A stretch of 56,096 nt of DNA from an uncultured Gammaproteobacteria bacterium (GTDB lineage Bacteria > Patescibacteriota > Microgenomatia > UBA10105 > UBA927). Under the pieces are notes generated by a model. The model was given only the letters and a program-made list of their open reading frames with translations. It ran no database searches and was not told the origin of the DNA. Positions 26,830 to 36,876 of the stretch are shown here, piece after piece. The first letter of the stretch is position 1. Every line of letters begins with the position of its first letter. The position numbers and the translations under genes are program-made. The stretch lies in assembly GCA_964445435.1 (NCBI GenBank), contig CAYUKU010000008.1, positions 1-56,096 of the forward strand, written 5' to 3'.

Positions 26830-27525
26830 ATGATTACCGTCTCGCGTATCTCCAAGATATACAAAACCGACGATCTGGAAACGGTTGCCTTGTCTGACGT
26901 TTCCTTTTCAATCAAGAAGGGCGAATTTGTCGCAATCATGGGTCCGTCCGGATCCGGAAAATCGACGCTCATGCATATTTTGGGAGCGCTCGATTTGCCG
27001 ACCAAAGGAAGATACATTCTTGACGATGAAGAAGTGTCCAAGCTCGACGATGATGAACTCGCTCATATCCGCAACAGAAAAATAGGATTCATTTTCCAGG
27101 CCTTCAACCTGCTTCCGCGTACAACGGCGCTAAAAAACGTGATGCTTCCTATGGTTTACGCGGGCATTCCCAAAGAAGAGCGAAAAACCCGCGCGGAAAA
27201 ATATCTGAGAATGGTCGGGCTCGAAAACAGAATGCTTCATACGTCAAATCAGCTATCGGGAGGCCAACAGCAAAGAGTTGCCATCGCCCGTGGCCTTGCC
27301 ATGAATCCGTCAATTCTGCTTGCAGATGAACCGACGGGAAACATCGCAACGGCGCAGGCAGAAGAGATCATGAATATTTTCCAAGCAATCAACGATGAGG
27401 GTCATACCATCGTCATGATTACACACGAACCGGATATCGCGGCCCATGCGAAACGCATCATCCACATACGTGACGGCAAAATAACCGAAGATGCAAAAAA
27501 TAAAAAACAAAAAAGGACACGGTAA
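26830..27525 (+). CDS. MacB/LolD-family ABC ATP-binding protein
   Basis: [31 protein letters not shown]. Confidence 0.95.
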   Translation: MITVSRISKIYKTDDLETVALSDVSFSIKKGEFVAIMGPSGSGKSTLMHILGALDLPTKGRYILDDEEVSKLDDDELAHIRNRKIGFIFQAFNLLPRTTALKNVMLPMVYAGIPKEERKTRAEKYLRMVGLENRMLHTSNQLSGGQQQRVAIARGLAMNPSILLADEPTGNIATAQAEEIMNIFQAINDEGHTIVMITHEPDIAAHAKRIIHIRDGKITEDAKNKKQKRTR

Positions 27526-27526
27526 T

Positions 27527-28750
27527 ATGGAGTATTCAGAAATCACCCAAGAAGCCGTCGGAACGCTCAAGCTCAACAAGATGCGTACCGGACTTGCCGT
27601 CCTTGGCATTATCATCGGTATCGGGAGCGTCATCGCTCTTATCTCTTTAGGACAAGGGAGTCAAAAAGCTGTACAAAATCAAATCCAGTCGCTTGGAAGT
27701 AATCTTCTTACCGTCCAGGCGCGGGCGCAAAGAGCCGGACCGGTACAAGGTGCAGGCGGAGGCGACACGACGCTGACCATGGAGGATGCCAAAGCGATTC
27801 AAACCTCGTCAAAAATCACTGCGGTAAAAAACGTGTCTCCTGAATACACCGGACGCGCACAGGTGGTCGCCGGACGAAATAACATAAATACCCAAATCGT
27901 CGGCGTGTACCCGCAATACGCAGATATACGAAAAATCCATATACAGTCCGGGTCGTTTATTTCCCAACGAGACGTGGACGCCATGACAAAAGTAGCCGTC
28001 ATCGGCCCGCAGGCTGCCAGCGATCTGTTCGGTGAAAACGTAAACCCGGTCGGACAATCCATACGACTCCAGGGGCAGACGCTAAGGATTATTGGTGTGA
28101 CAGTCTCCAAAGGCGGTCAGGGATTTAATAATCCGGATGACGCCATTTACGTGCCTCTTTCAACTGCACAAAAACAACTGTACGGTGCCAACCACCTCAC
28201 GACGATCGCGGTTGAAGCAAAGGATACCTCCGTCATGACTCAAGCACAGAATGAAATCGGCTATCTTCTCCTTGAGCGGCATAAATTATCAGCACCTGAA
28301 GACGCCGACTTTTTCATCTTCTCACAAAACGATATCCTCTCCTCAGCGTCACAGGTTACCGGAACATTCACTGCACTTCTTGGAGGAATCGCTGCCATTT
28401 CGCTTCTCGTTGGCGGAATTGGCATTATGAACATCATGCTGGTGACGGTTACTGAACGTACCCGGGAAATCGGACTGCGAAAGGCCCTTGGTGCTACCAA
28501 AAAAATAATAATCACTCAATTTCTCATAGAGGCGGTCATCCTGACGGTCACTGGCGGGGCAATCGGTATGCTCCTGGGCGTAACAATTTCATTTGTCCTC
28601 TCCTCTCTTATGAAAATACCTTTTACGGTATCACCATCCGCGATACTCCTTGCCATCGCCGTGTCCGGCGGCATTGGGGTACTTTTCGGATGGTACCCGG
28701 CAAAGAAGGCCGCGAATTTGCAGCCCATTGAGGCCCTGCGGTATGAGTAA
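27527..28750 (+). CDS. MacB/FtsX-family ABC permease
   Basis: RTGLAVLGIIIGI, GGIGIMNIMLVTVTERTREIGLRKALGA, PIEALRYE. ATG 27527 preferred. Confidence 0.93.
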   Translation: MEYSEITQEAVGTLKLNKMRTGLAVLGIIIGIGSVIALISLGQGSQKAVQNQIQSLGSNLLTVQARAQRAGPVQGAGGGDTTLTMEDAKAIQTSSKITAVKNVSPEYTGRAQVVAGRNNINTQIVGVYPQYADIRKIHIQSGSFISQRDVDAMTKVAVIGPQAASDLFGENVNPVGQSIRLQGQTLRIIGVTVSKGGQGFNNPDDAIYVPLSTAQKQLYGANHLTTIAVEAKDTSVMTQAQNEIGYLLLERHKLSAPEDADFFIFSQNDILSSASQVTGTFTALLGGIAAISLLVGGIGIMNIMLVTVTERTREIGLRKALGATKKIIITQFLIEAVILTVTGGAIGMLLGVTISFVLSSLMKIPFTVSPSAILLAIAVSGGIGVLFGWYPAKKAANLQPIEALRYE

Positions 28751-28754
28751 CCGA

Positions 28755-28786
28755 TTCAGGTGATTTTCAGGTGCGTCTGGGATACT
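28755..28786 (+). promoter_or_regulatory. OmpR-type direct-repeat box plus -10 (site 3)
   Basis: TTCAG-gtgatt-TTCAG, 10 nt, TGG-GATACT. Confidence 0.65.
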
Positions 28787-28812
28787 ATCTGCAGATCCCA
28801 AAGGAGGAACAT

Positions 28813-29274
28813 ATGAAAAATAACGTAATAGTCACTGCCGCTCTCGTAGCAATACTCTTCGGCGCCGGAGGATTTGTCGGAGGGATGAAATACAGTCAGA
28901 GTAAACGCGGAAATTTTATGATGCAATTCGGTGATGGTACAGGTGCGCGTGTCCGATTCGGAAGGCAAAATGGCGCACCTGTACGGGGTGGCTTTCGGCC
29001 CGTAACGGGAGAAATACTTTCAACGGACGACACGTCCATCACCGTCAAACTTCCGGACGGCAGCAGTAAAATTATTTTCCTTTCCGGCTCAACAACAATC
29101 AACAAAGCGTCAGCCGGGACTCAAGCTGACCTTAAAACAGGTGAGCGCGTTTCGGTCTTCGGAACTGAAAATAATGACGGAAGCATAACCGCGCAAAACA
29201 TTCAACTTGGAGTAATGTTCGGAGGGCGAATGATGCAGGACGGTACCCCGTCAGGAGCGCCGTCGGCGCAGTAA
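28813..29274 (+). CDS. Exported/membrane-anchored protein, DUF5666-like
   Basis: AAGGAGG SD, N-terminal TM, Gly/Arg-rich linker, GEILS...ITVKL.DG OB-like domain. Confidence 0.75.
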   Translation: MKNNVIVTAALVAILFGAGGFVGGMKYSQSKRGNFMMQFGDGTGARVRFGRQNGAPVRGGFRPVTGEILSTDDTSITVKLPDGSSKIIFLSGSTTINKASAGTQADLKTGERVSVFGTENNDGSITAQNIQLGVMFGGRMMQDGTPSGAPSAQ

Positions 29275-29811
29275 ATCTTTGAGTTTTTCAAAATCCGCAA
29301 GCATTAGCGATGCGTATTTAGGAAACCGTAAAATCGCGGCAGGATGAAGCGTCACGATATACGTTCTTCCCATTTGTCGTATGAGCGTCCCATGTTCCTT
29401 CATGATGGGAACGACCCGACCTAACATGGCATACGACGCCGTTGCACCAAGAAGGACAATAATCTTGGGTTCAATAACAGCCAATTGTTTATGAAGATGC
29501 ATTCGCCCATGGGCAATATCCTTTTTCGTCGGCGTTCCCCGATCGGGAAGATATTTGACGGGACTCGTAATGTAAACATCCTTTTCCTCTAACCCCGACT
29601 CGCGGATGAGCTTCCGCAAGAGCTGCCCCGAACGACCAACAAAGGGCCTGCCGGTTGCCGCCTCCGTACGTCCGGGAGCCTCTCCAAGAAAGACAATATC
29701 TGCGTCCGGATTGCCTTCACCGGGAACTGCCTTTCCGCTTTTGCCTTTTTTACACTCGGCACATCGTTCAATTTCCCGTGCAATTTTTGCCAGTCTGGCT
29801 TCTTTATCCAT
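29251..29811 (-). CDS. Family 4-like uracil-DNA glycosylase
   Basis: FLGEAPG, GRPFVGRSG, HPAAILR. Confidence 0.9.
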   Translation of the reverse strand: MDKEARLAKIAREIERCAECKKGKSGKAVPGEGNPDADIVFLGEAPGRTEAATGRPFVGRSGQLLRKLIRESGLEEKDVYITSPVKYLPDRGTPTKKDIAHGRMHLHKQLAVIEPKIIVLLGATASYAMLGRVVPIMKEHGTLIRQMGRTYIVTLHPAAILRFPKYASLMLADFEKLKDLLRRRRS

Positions 29812-29814
29812 ATA

Positions 29815-30177
29815 CTATTCCTCGATAATCTCACCTTCAATAATGTTCGGGTCGAAATATTTCTCCAGCAGATTAAAATTTTTCACGTTCGCCCGAAAGA
29901 AAATATCAAACACTATGCCCACGAAAGGTAATATTCCCAACACGTAGTCGACACTCATATTCCAGAGCATTGTTACGTATACGCGACCCGGAGCTTTGAG
30001 CTGGTACGCAATCCAAAAAAGGTAAAGAGACGTGACCGTGGAAATGATATTTCCGAATCCGGGAATGATATCAAGAAGCGGGTCTATACCAAATCTGATT
30101 CCGAGAACTCGAAACCGCAGATCCATAACCTGTGTCAATCTGCGTGCAAAATTTATGTGGCGTTTTATGACTGTCAT
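29815..30177 (-). CDS. DUF4112-like membrane protein
   Basis: MD..FR.LG.RFG.DPLL.IIPG.G...D...G..P.VG..FD..F.AN..N pattern. Confidence 0.8.
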   Translation of the reverse strand: MTVIKRHINFARRLTQVMDLRFRVLGIRFGIDPLLDIIPGFGNIISTVTSLYLFWIAYQLKAPGRVYVTMLWNMSVDYVLGILPFVGIVFDIFFRANVKNFNLLEKYFDPNIIEGEIIEE

Positions 30178-30223
30178 GACACGTATTATTCCAAAGCCTG
30201 AAAAAACAGGCAACCCTAATCTG

Positions 30224-30253
30224 TTGACAAATGCAAATAACTTGCATTATTAT
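30224..30253 (+). promoter_or_regulatory. Sigma70 promoter with a Fur/Zur-like inverted-repeat operator in the spacer
   Basis: TTGACA-AATGCAAAT-A-ACTTGCATT-ATTAT, directly upstream of a ZIP transporter. Confidence 0.65.
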
Positions 30254-30261
30254 GCGTGCAT

Positions 30262-30999
30262 ATGATTCCCGCGCTTATCGCCGTGATTTTTGTAAGCCTC
30301 CTGTCTCTCTTGGGTGCACTATTTCTTATCTTCAAACGGACATCACTAACCAAAATTCTCTCTCCCCTGCTCGCTCTCTCATCGGGCGTTCTTATCGGAA
30401 GCGCACTGTTTGACTTACTTCCCGAAGGAGTTGAACTTCTTGATGCTCAGGCGTATGTATTTGTCAGTGCAGGCATTTTCACGTTCTTCGCACTGGAGAA
30501 ACTTTTACGCTGGCATCATCACGTCGAGGGAGATCATCCCCACGAGGACAAGCCGAGCAAAACGGTCGGATACCTTTCGCTTATCGGTGACGGCATTCAT
30601 AACTTCATCGACGGGGTAATCATCGGCGGAGCATTCCTGGTGTCAGTGCCGCTTGGAATATCGGTTACTCTCGCTGTCGTTGCCCATGAAATTCCCCATG
30701 AGTTGGCTGATTTCACCATCCTTCTTCATAGCGGATTTTCAAATTCAAAAGCCTTGTGGTACAACTTCCTCTCGGCAACGACCGCAATCGTCGGCACTTT
30801 GACCGTTATGATGCTCTCTCAGGTGGAGCACGCACTTATCCCGTACCTTATACCGTTTGGCGTGGGGAACTTCCTGTATATTGCAATGAGCGACCTTCTC
30901 CCGGAGCTTCATCACCCCCGCTCAAAGGCTTCTTCCATCTTTCAGATCATCCTTCTTATTCTTGGAGCCGTAATCGTCTATTATCTTCCTTCGGAATAG
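30262..30999 (+). CDS. ZIP (ZupT-like) divalent metal transporter
   Basis: LLPE, His-rich loop HHHVEGDHPH, GDGIHNFIDG, AHEIPHELADF. Confidence 0.92.
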   Translation: MIPALIAVIFVSLLSLLGALFLIFKRTSLTKILSPLLALSSGVLIGSALFDLLPEGVELLDAQAYVFVSAGIFTFFALEKLLRWHHHVEGDHPHEDKPSKTVGYLSLIGDGIHNFIDGVIIGGAFLVSVPLGISVTLAVVAHEIPHELADFTILLHSGFSNSKALWYNFLSATTAIVGTLTVMMLSQVEHALIPYLIPFGVGNFLYIAMSDLLPELHHPRSKASSIFQIILLILGAVIVYYLPSE

Positions 31000-31027
31000 C
31001 GCCCGGAATATACTATAATAGTGCATC

Positions 31028-31849
31028 ATGAAGATCGCACTCGCCACGTACAACATACTATTCAATCACGACACGCGCGTCATAGCCTCCCTGCGCGAGA
31101 TTAAGAAAACCGGACAGACGCATGCACACACAATCGTCGCACTTCAGGAAGTACGAAATAAAACGATGCAAGATAACCTGCCGGAAAAAATCCACTCCTT
31201 GTTTCCGAAATACTCTGCAGCTTCGCTTCTCCACCCGAAACCCACAGTCAATGATTTCGGCCTCATGACACTAAGCAACCTGAAACAAGTCGCCTCGTTA
31301 CCGGTTCTTCTGCCGACTTTGCCAAAGCATCTTTTTAATATTCAAACCATTTTCTTAAAAACCATGCCCCAACAGGGCGCTCTCATCACAACATATAAAT
31401 TCGGAAGGAAAATATTGCGCGTCACTAATCTGCATCTGGATATTCTCGGCGGCATCCGCCATAAGCGGAAACAGATGAAATACATAATGCGGCATCTGGC
31501 AGCACAAAAAGCCGATTACGACATCATTTGCGGCGATTTCAACACCATCGGCCCCATAAAAATCATGAAACGAAGAGTCAAACGGCAAAAAAACGTGGTC
31601 CGGGAAGTTCTCGGAAACGAATTTAAGGAAGTTTTCATCCCTTCGTGGACGAGCGATGTACGTGAAACCATGAGCCCGATGATTCCGGCAAATCGCCTCC
31701 TGTATAAAAGCATGCGGCTTATCCGCATGAGTTTCCGCCAAAAACTCGACTGGATCTTCGTCCGGGGATTTAAAGGAGCTACGGCAATCGTTCGGCACGA
31801 CCTCAAAGGCTCAGACCATTATCCAGTCTTTGCGACACTGCATATCTGA
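31028..31849 (+). CDS. Endonuclease/exonuclease/phosphatase (EEP) family protein
   Basis: ATYNI, ALQEV, NLHLD, GDFN, LDWIF, SDHYP. Confidence 0.9.
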   Translation: MKIALATYNILFNHDTRVIASLREIKKTGQTHAHTIVALQEVRNKTMQDNLPEKIHSLFPKYSAASLLHPKPTVNDFGLMTLSNLKQVASLPVLLPTLPKHLFNIQTIFLKTMPQQGALITTYKFGRKILRVTNLHLDILGGIRHKRKQMKYIMRHLAAQKADYDIICGDFNTIGPIKIMKRRVKRQKNVVREVLGNEFKEVFIPSWTSDVRETMSPMIPANRLLYKSMRLIRMSFRQKLDWIFVRGFKGATAIVRHDLKGSDHYPVFATLHI

Positions 31850-31913
31850 AACACATCATATTTCCTTTTTCAAGCTATTGTATTCCCCAAAATTCGTGCT
31901 ATGGTAATAAACT

Positions 31914-32444
31914 ATGAATGACGCAACTGAAAAATGTCCAAAGTGCGGTTCTCCCTTAGGCGAGATCGTCGAAACGAAAAGCGGCAAGAAGCTCCAGCGC
32001 TGCTCAAACGGCACATGGAATCCCGAAACCAAGAAAAACGAAGGGTGTGACTTCGTAAAATGGCTCCCTGTCGAACCTAAGACGCTAGATGAAAAATGCC
32101 CCAAGTGCGGCTCTCCGCTTGTGCTACAGTTTACCCGCTTCGGTAAAAAGATGAAAAAATGTTCAACGGGCGGATGGGACAAGGTGGCCAAGAAACCAAC
32201 CGGATGCGATTACGTGGAATGGATTAACGGCACGACCGAGCCGCTTCCCGATAAGTGCCCCGAATGCGGAAATCCTCTTGTCCTCTATACGACGGCAGCC
32301 GGAAAACGGATGATCAAATGCTCGACCGCAGGGTGGGACAGCGCAGCCAAAAAAGCCACCGGGTGTCCATACGTTCACTGGCTCAAACCCGGTGAACCGG
32401 TATCCACCGGCGAGGAATTCCTTCCACCAGAACCAACAGGATAA
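31914..32444 (+). CDS. Stand-alone protein of three topoisomerase-I-type C4 zinc-ribbon repeats
   Basis: Three units, (E/D)KCP.CG.PL...CS...W......GC.(F/Y)V.W, starting near 31929, 32091 and 32250. Confidence 0.85.
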   Translation: MNDATEKCPKCGSPLGEIVETKSGKKLQRCSNGTWNPETKKNEGCDFVKWLPVEPKTLDEKCPKCGSPLVLQFTRFGKKMKKCSTGGWDKVAKKPTGCDYVEWINGTTEPLPDKCPECGNPLVLYTTAAGKRMIKCSTAGWDSAAKKATGCPYVHWLKPGEPVSTGEEFLPPEPTG

Positions 32445-32506
32445 TAATCCCGCGGACTTGTGCCAGTGATCCTCACGCTTTGTGAGAAATCCCACCGCTG
32501 ACTATA

Positions 32507-34933
32507 ATGGAAGAAATGGACCATCTTCCAGCCCATCATTCGGAACGCTCCCTAAAAATCGATGTTCTCAGGGGCATAGCCGTAATCGGAATGATCATCG
32601 CGCACGGGCTTTTCTTTTTCCACAATAAATCCAATCCGTACATTACTGCCCTGGAAGGACTCTTCAATACCACGGTATTTACCGTTTTCATTTTTGTATT
32701 CGGACAATCACTCTCCAAATGGCTCGATGTACATGCGTTTGATCACCCCAAAACCATCTGGCAATACTCGCTCAAAAGGGCAGGTCTTATATATCTTCTC
32801 TACGCACTTGTCGGGATAGTCGCGGTGATTACATCCAGACCGGAATTTTCCTATCTCGCCGGCACGCTTACCCTAACTAGCTCTCCGAATTTCACTGAAT
32901 ATATGGCCCTTTTTATCATTCTGGTTTTACTGACGCCGCTTCTGCGTCCACTCCTGCGGCTCTCACGGCAATCCATGCTTCTCACGTTTGTGATAGGAGC
33001 ACTTTCTTACCTTTTGGGAATTACGCTCTACGAGATGCACCTTCCTCTGTGGCTTACACCCATAAAGGCGCTCTTTGCCGGCGACGAAACGCTTCTGCGA
33101 TTCCCTGTGTTATTTTATTTTCCGGTTGTCTTGTGGGGATTATGGTGGCAGCACGATTCAGATCACAACACACAGGACAAAGTTCACACTGCAGAACACC
33201 TTTGGATGATTATTGCTTGCGTGAGCACAACAGTTGCGAGTGTACTTGTTGCCCAAACACTCAATATCCCGATCCTTAATCCAAACACCCGATGGCCGCC
33301 ATCCATATCGTTTCTGACGATGGGCATAAGCATCTCGACGATCGGACTTTTTCTCATGCCATCATTCGCATGGGTAGGCCCTCCGGCCAAAAAAATTCTC
33401 GGATATTTCGGCCGGGATGCACTCGATTTATGGGTCAATCATCTGCTCATCCTGTTCATCTATCGGAAATTCATTCGGTGGGAAACGGGAAGCACTGCTG
33501 TGATCGCGATCATGGTCACCACGCTTGTTGTGGTAACCGTTATTTTGTCCTCAACCATCGTGACCAACAGGATACGGTTTCCCCTCAATATCGCCTTTTC
33601 CGGAACGACGCGATTTCGTAAACGCTATGCTGCCCTGGTAAGCATCGCGCTTCTCGTTCTTTTGTGGGCAACCATGGTCGCCCCCACGAGTCCGTACGGG
33701 AACTTCATGATCTCGCCACCTCTCTCTGCGCAATCCAAGCTACCCATCAACACCGACGCCAAACTTACCGCTGGTTCGCTATGGTATGTACGACATCATC
33801 CCACACCGCAATCTCTCGAATTAACCGTGACTCTGGATACAGCGACAGATACAGAATCTATACATCCTGACTCAGTCCGGATTGCGATGAATGGAGTGTC
33901 GACGGAATTTCTCGGGATTACTGCCTCCGACGGAACGCTCCATTTCACAAAACCGGTTGCCGACATCTTCCCCGGCGTGTATACCATATCGGCGACTATC
34001 GACAACGGGGACAGCAGTCTACAGACAAATACACAAACAGTAACGGTTAGCGAGCCGCTTCTTGTGGCGTGGACTTTTGACTGGGAGGGATGGGACATAC
34101 CCGATACCGCGCTACAGGAAATAACAGATCTAACAATGGCGTATCCGACGCTCAAATTCAGTCATTTTGTAAACCCGCGAACGTTTCTTCCGGGTGTCCT
34201 TCATCCTACCCGAAACGCCCGGATTCTCGCCTTTCTTGGCGAGAGATATGCCAAAGGAGATGAAATAGCGATGCACCTTCACATGCAGTATGATCTTGTG
34301 AAATCTTCCGGAGTAGCAACAACTTCGGCACACGCCTGGGGACTGCGGGGCGATGAGGGGTACGATGTGCCCACCACAAGCTATTCACCTCAGGAATTCC
34401 GGCGCATAGTGCTCTTTGCACAAAAAGTTGCCTCAGAATCAGGTTTACCCACCATGAATGGATATCGTGCAGGCGGATGGTTTCTCTCTACCAATCAACT
34501 GAATGAACTCAAGTCGCTCGGATTTACGTATGATTCTTCGGGGCGCGACCGGCCCGGTACGGGACCGTTCCGCGCGATTCCCTGGAATCTCCCGATTGGC
34601 GCACAACCGTACTACCCAAGCCAAACAGATCAAAATCTAGGAACTGCCGATACTTCAGGCATTCTTGAAATACCCAACAATGGGGTGTCTACGTATGATC
34701 AAAGTAGTGAGTCACTGATATCCCGAATCGATTCCGTGTACCAAGGTGGTATCCTAACAGTGCCCAAAGTACTTGTTTTTGTTTCTCACCCGCAATTCTC
34801 TACCCGTGAGTTTCCGAAAATTCCGGAGGTGCTAACCCGAATAACCGCCATGTCTCAAGGAGCAGGACTTGGCCCGGCCGTATTTGTCACTACCGCGGAC
34901 ATAGCTCGTATATGGAATACCTTAAACAACTGA
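32507..34933 (+). CDS. Multi-pass acyltransferase-like (DUF1624/OpgC) domain fused to a C-terminal polysaccharide-deacetylase-like domain; probable start 32516
   Basis: IDVLRGIAVIGMIIAH plus many TMs. C-terminal WTFDWEG, MHLH, GYRAGGW. Confidence 0.72.
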   Translation: MEEMDHLPAHHSERSLKIDVLRGIAVIGMIIAHGLFFFHNKSNPYITALEGLFNTTVFTVFIFVFGQSLSKWLDVHAFDHPKTIWQYSLKRAGLIYLLYALVGIVAVITSRPEFSYLAGTLTLTSSPNFTEYMALFIILVLLTPLLRPLLRLSRQSMLLTFVIGALSYLLGITLYEMHLPLWLTPIKALFAGDETLLRFPVLFYFPVVLWGLWWQHDSDHNTQDKVHTAEHLWMIIACVSTTVASVLVAQTLNIPILNPNTRWPPSISFLTMGISISTIGLFLMPSFAWVGPPAKKILGYFGRDALDLWVNHLLILFIYRKFIRWETGSTAVIAIMVTTLVVVTVILSSTIVTNRIRFPLNIAFSGTTRFRKRYAALVSIALLVLLWATMVAPTSPYGNFMISPPLSAQSKLPINTDAKLTAGSLWYVRHHPTPQSLELTVTLDTATDTESIHPDSVRIAMNGVSTEFLGITASDGTLHFTKPVADIFPGVYTISATIDNGDSSLQTNTQTVTVSEPLLVAWTFDWEGWDIPDTALQEITDLTMAYPTLKFSHFVNPRTFLPGVLHPTRNARILAFLGERYAKGDEIAMHLHMQYDLVKSSGVATTSAHAWGLRGDEGYDVPTTSYSPQEFRRIVLFAQKVASESGLPTMNGYRAGGWFLSTNQLNELKSLGFTYDSSGRDRPGTGPFRAIPWNLPIGAQPYYPSQTDQNLGTADTSGILEIPNNGVSTYDQSSESLISRIDSVYQGGILTVPKVLVFVSHPQFSTREFPKIPEVLTRITAMSQGAGLGPAVFVTTADIARIWNTLNN

Positions 34934-36876
34934 TATCGCTTTTTGAGACGCGCACCCTTCTCCTTCTTGGCGTGACCACGCTCGCCGTAGCCTCGTGGTA
35001 CTATGCGCTCTTGGAGCGGAAACTGATAGCCGAACCGAAACGCATTCGCGCACTTTTCGCTCTTGCCGTCGTGTCATTGACCCTTGCCGTATGGCTTGAC
35101 GTAAAAATAATTCGTCAACTTCGGGATGTACCCAGGGTGCTTTTCTCCCGACCGGAAAATAACACTGCAATTCTCGCCCAATCACCGGACATAGACGTTA
35201 CCTTTTCTGCACCGGTCGTTTTCAAAACTCTTGCAGTGCACACGAATCCCCCGTTGGACTTTACGGTTGAAGAAAAGGGGTATCTTTGGAACCTCCTTCC
35301 GTTTGGAACAACACTTACGATTGTCCCAAAAACGACACTCCCGCCTGGCGAATCAATCATGGTCTACCTTGCCAATATGGAGGGTCCGATTACCAAAGGA
35401 TACGGGGGCGAACAGCTATTGGAAATGAAAGTGGAGAACCCTGAAGTCTCCCTGGTCAACCCTCCGGACAAAAGTGAAAATGTCGCTGCAACCCAAAAAA
35501 TTACCTTCTCGCTCTCGGCGCCAATTCTTTCCAAGGATGAGTGGACGATAAAATCGGACCCGGCTCACCCGTTTTCCCTGGAGCAGATCGACAAAAAAAC
35601 ACTGCAGGCGAATCCCGATGAACCCATGAGACAAGGCACTACGTATAAACTTACTCTGTCCCAATCCCCGATTGTCACACAGCGGAATGATAAGACAATC
35701 GTCAAGCAACTCGAAAAGCGCACAAAGTCGGAAATTCAGGTATCGACCGTGAAGGCTGCTTTCGTATCCGCTTTTACGCCAAGCGGAAACGCGGTAAACC
35801 CAGATGATCCGATTCTCCTGACTTTTGACCAACCGATGAAACAGAACACGCTTGAAAAATTCATTCGTATCAGTCCCGAAGTCAAACTCCGTCACAGTTG
35901 GGATGATAAGAATAACACACTAATCATTAAGCATGACACGTTTGCCAAAGATACTGAATACACACTCACCCTCGCAAAGGGAGTGGAAACCAAAAAAGGC
36001 GGAACGATTGATTCCGATACGGCGTTCCGATTCAGGACCGCTGGCCCTCTTACGCTCGTAGACGTCAATCCGGAAGACGGAGATAAAAACGCGCAGACCA
36101 ATCAATCTATAATACTCACGTTCGACCAACAAATACCCGACTCGATCAAAGACCACATTACAATCTCACCTGACATTCCGGGATCATACGCCATAAAAGA
36201 CAATGTCGTTGAACTTAAACCTAAAAGCGATCTTCCCTATAACACTACCTATACCATACGCATCGCTGCGGGTGCCCCCTCCAGGTATGGACTACCGTCA
36301 AAAACAGAAAAAGCAATATCGTTTACAACAAAGCCGGATCAGATCGCGCTTGACGTTCCCATGTACCGGCAACAGACAAACTTCACCTGCAATATTGCGG
36401 CCGCGAGGATGCTTCTTTCGTATCGCGGCATCTCGGTCACCGAACAAAATCTCATCGATAAAATAGGAATCGGCGGAAAGCGCGGATCCGGGAATCCCCA
36501 CAAGGGATACGTGGACGACTTCGGGACATTTTGGGAAGCCGTCATCACAGGTGTCACACAATACCGAGGCGCACGTCTCATAACAAACGGCACCATAACC
36601 GACCTCACCGATGAACTTAAGAAAGGAAATCCGGTCATGACGTGGGGTCAAAACGGCTGGTCCGATCCTCATGACATTTCCTGGAGGGCAACCGACGGGA
36701 CATTTATAAAAGCGGTGAACGGGATGCACTCCATGGTCGTGCGCGGATACATCGGCTCTTCCCAAAATCCGACGAAAATGCTCATAAACGATCCGTGGCG
36801 CGGGCAATACGAACTCGAAACCAGCGAGTTTTTACGTCGATGGAGTTACTACAAAGTCGCCATGGTAATCGAGTAA
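34912..36876 (+). CDS. Membrane-anchored protein with Ig-like (Big_5/SbsA-type) repeats and a C39-like peptidase
   Basis: Repeated ..P.....V......I.(L/I)TF....P units. QQTNFTCNIAA (Cys), MHSMVV.G (His), INDPW (Asp). Confidence 0.85.
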   Translation: MEYLKQLISLFETRTLLLLGVTTLAVASWYYALLERKLIAEPKRIRALFALAVVSLTLAVWLDVKIIRQLRDVPRVLFSRPENNTAILAQSPDIDVTFSAPVVFKTLAVHTNPPLDFTVEEKGYLWNLLPFGTTLTIVPKTTLPPGESIMVYLANMEGPITKGYGGEQLLEMKVENPEVSLVNPPDKSENVAATQKITFSLSAPILSKDEWTIKSDPAHPFSLEQIDKKTLQANPDEPMRQGTTYKLTLSQSPIVTQRNDKTIVKQLEKRTKSEIQVSTVKAAFVSAFTPSGNAVNPDDPILLTFDQPMKQNTLEKFIRISPEVKLRHSWDDKNNTLIIKHDTFAKDTEYTLTLAKGVETKKGGTIDSDTAFRFRTAGPLTLVDVNPEDGDKNAQTNQSIILTFDQQIPDSIKDHITISPDIPGSYAIKDNVVELKPKSDLPYNTTYTIRIAAGAPSRYGLPSKTEKAISFTTKPDQIALDVPMYRQQTNFTCNIAAARMLLSYRGISVTEQNLIDKIGIGGKRGSGNPHKGYVDDFGTFWEAVITGVTQYRGARLITNGTITDLTDELKKGNPVMTWGQNGWSDPHDISWRATDGTFIKAVNGMHSMVVRGYIGSSQNPTKMLINDPWRGQYELETSEFLRRWSYYKVAMVIE

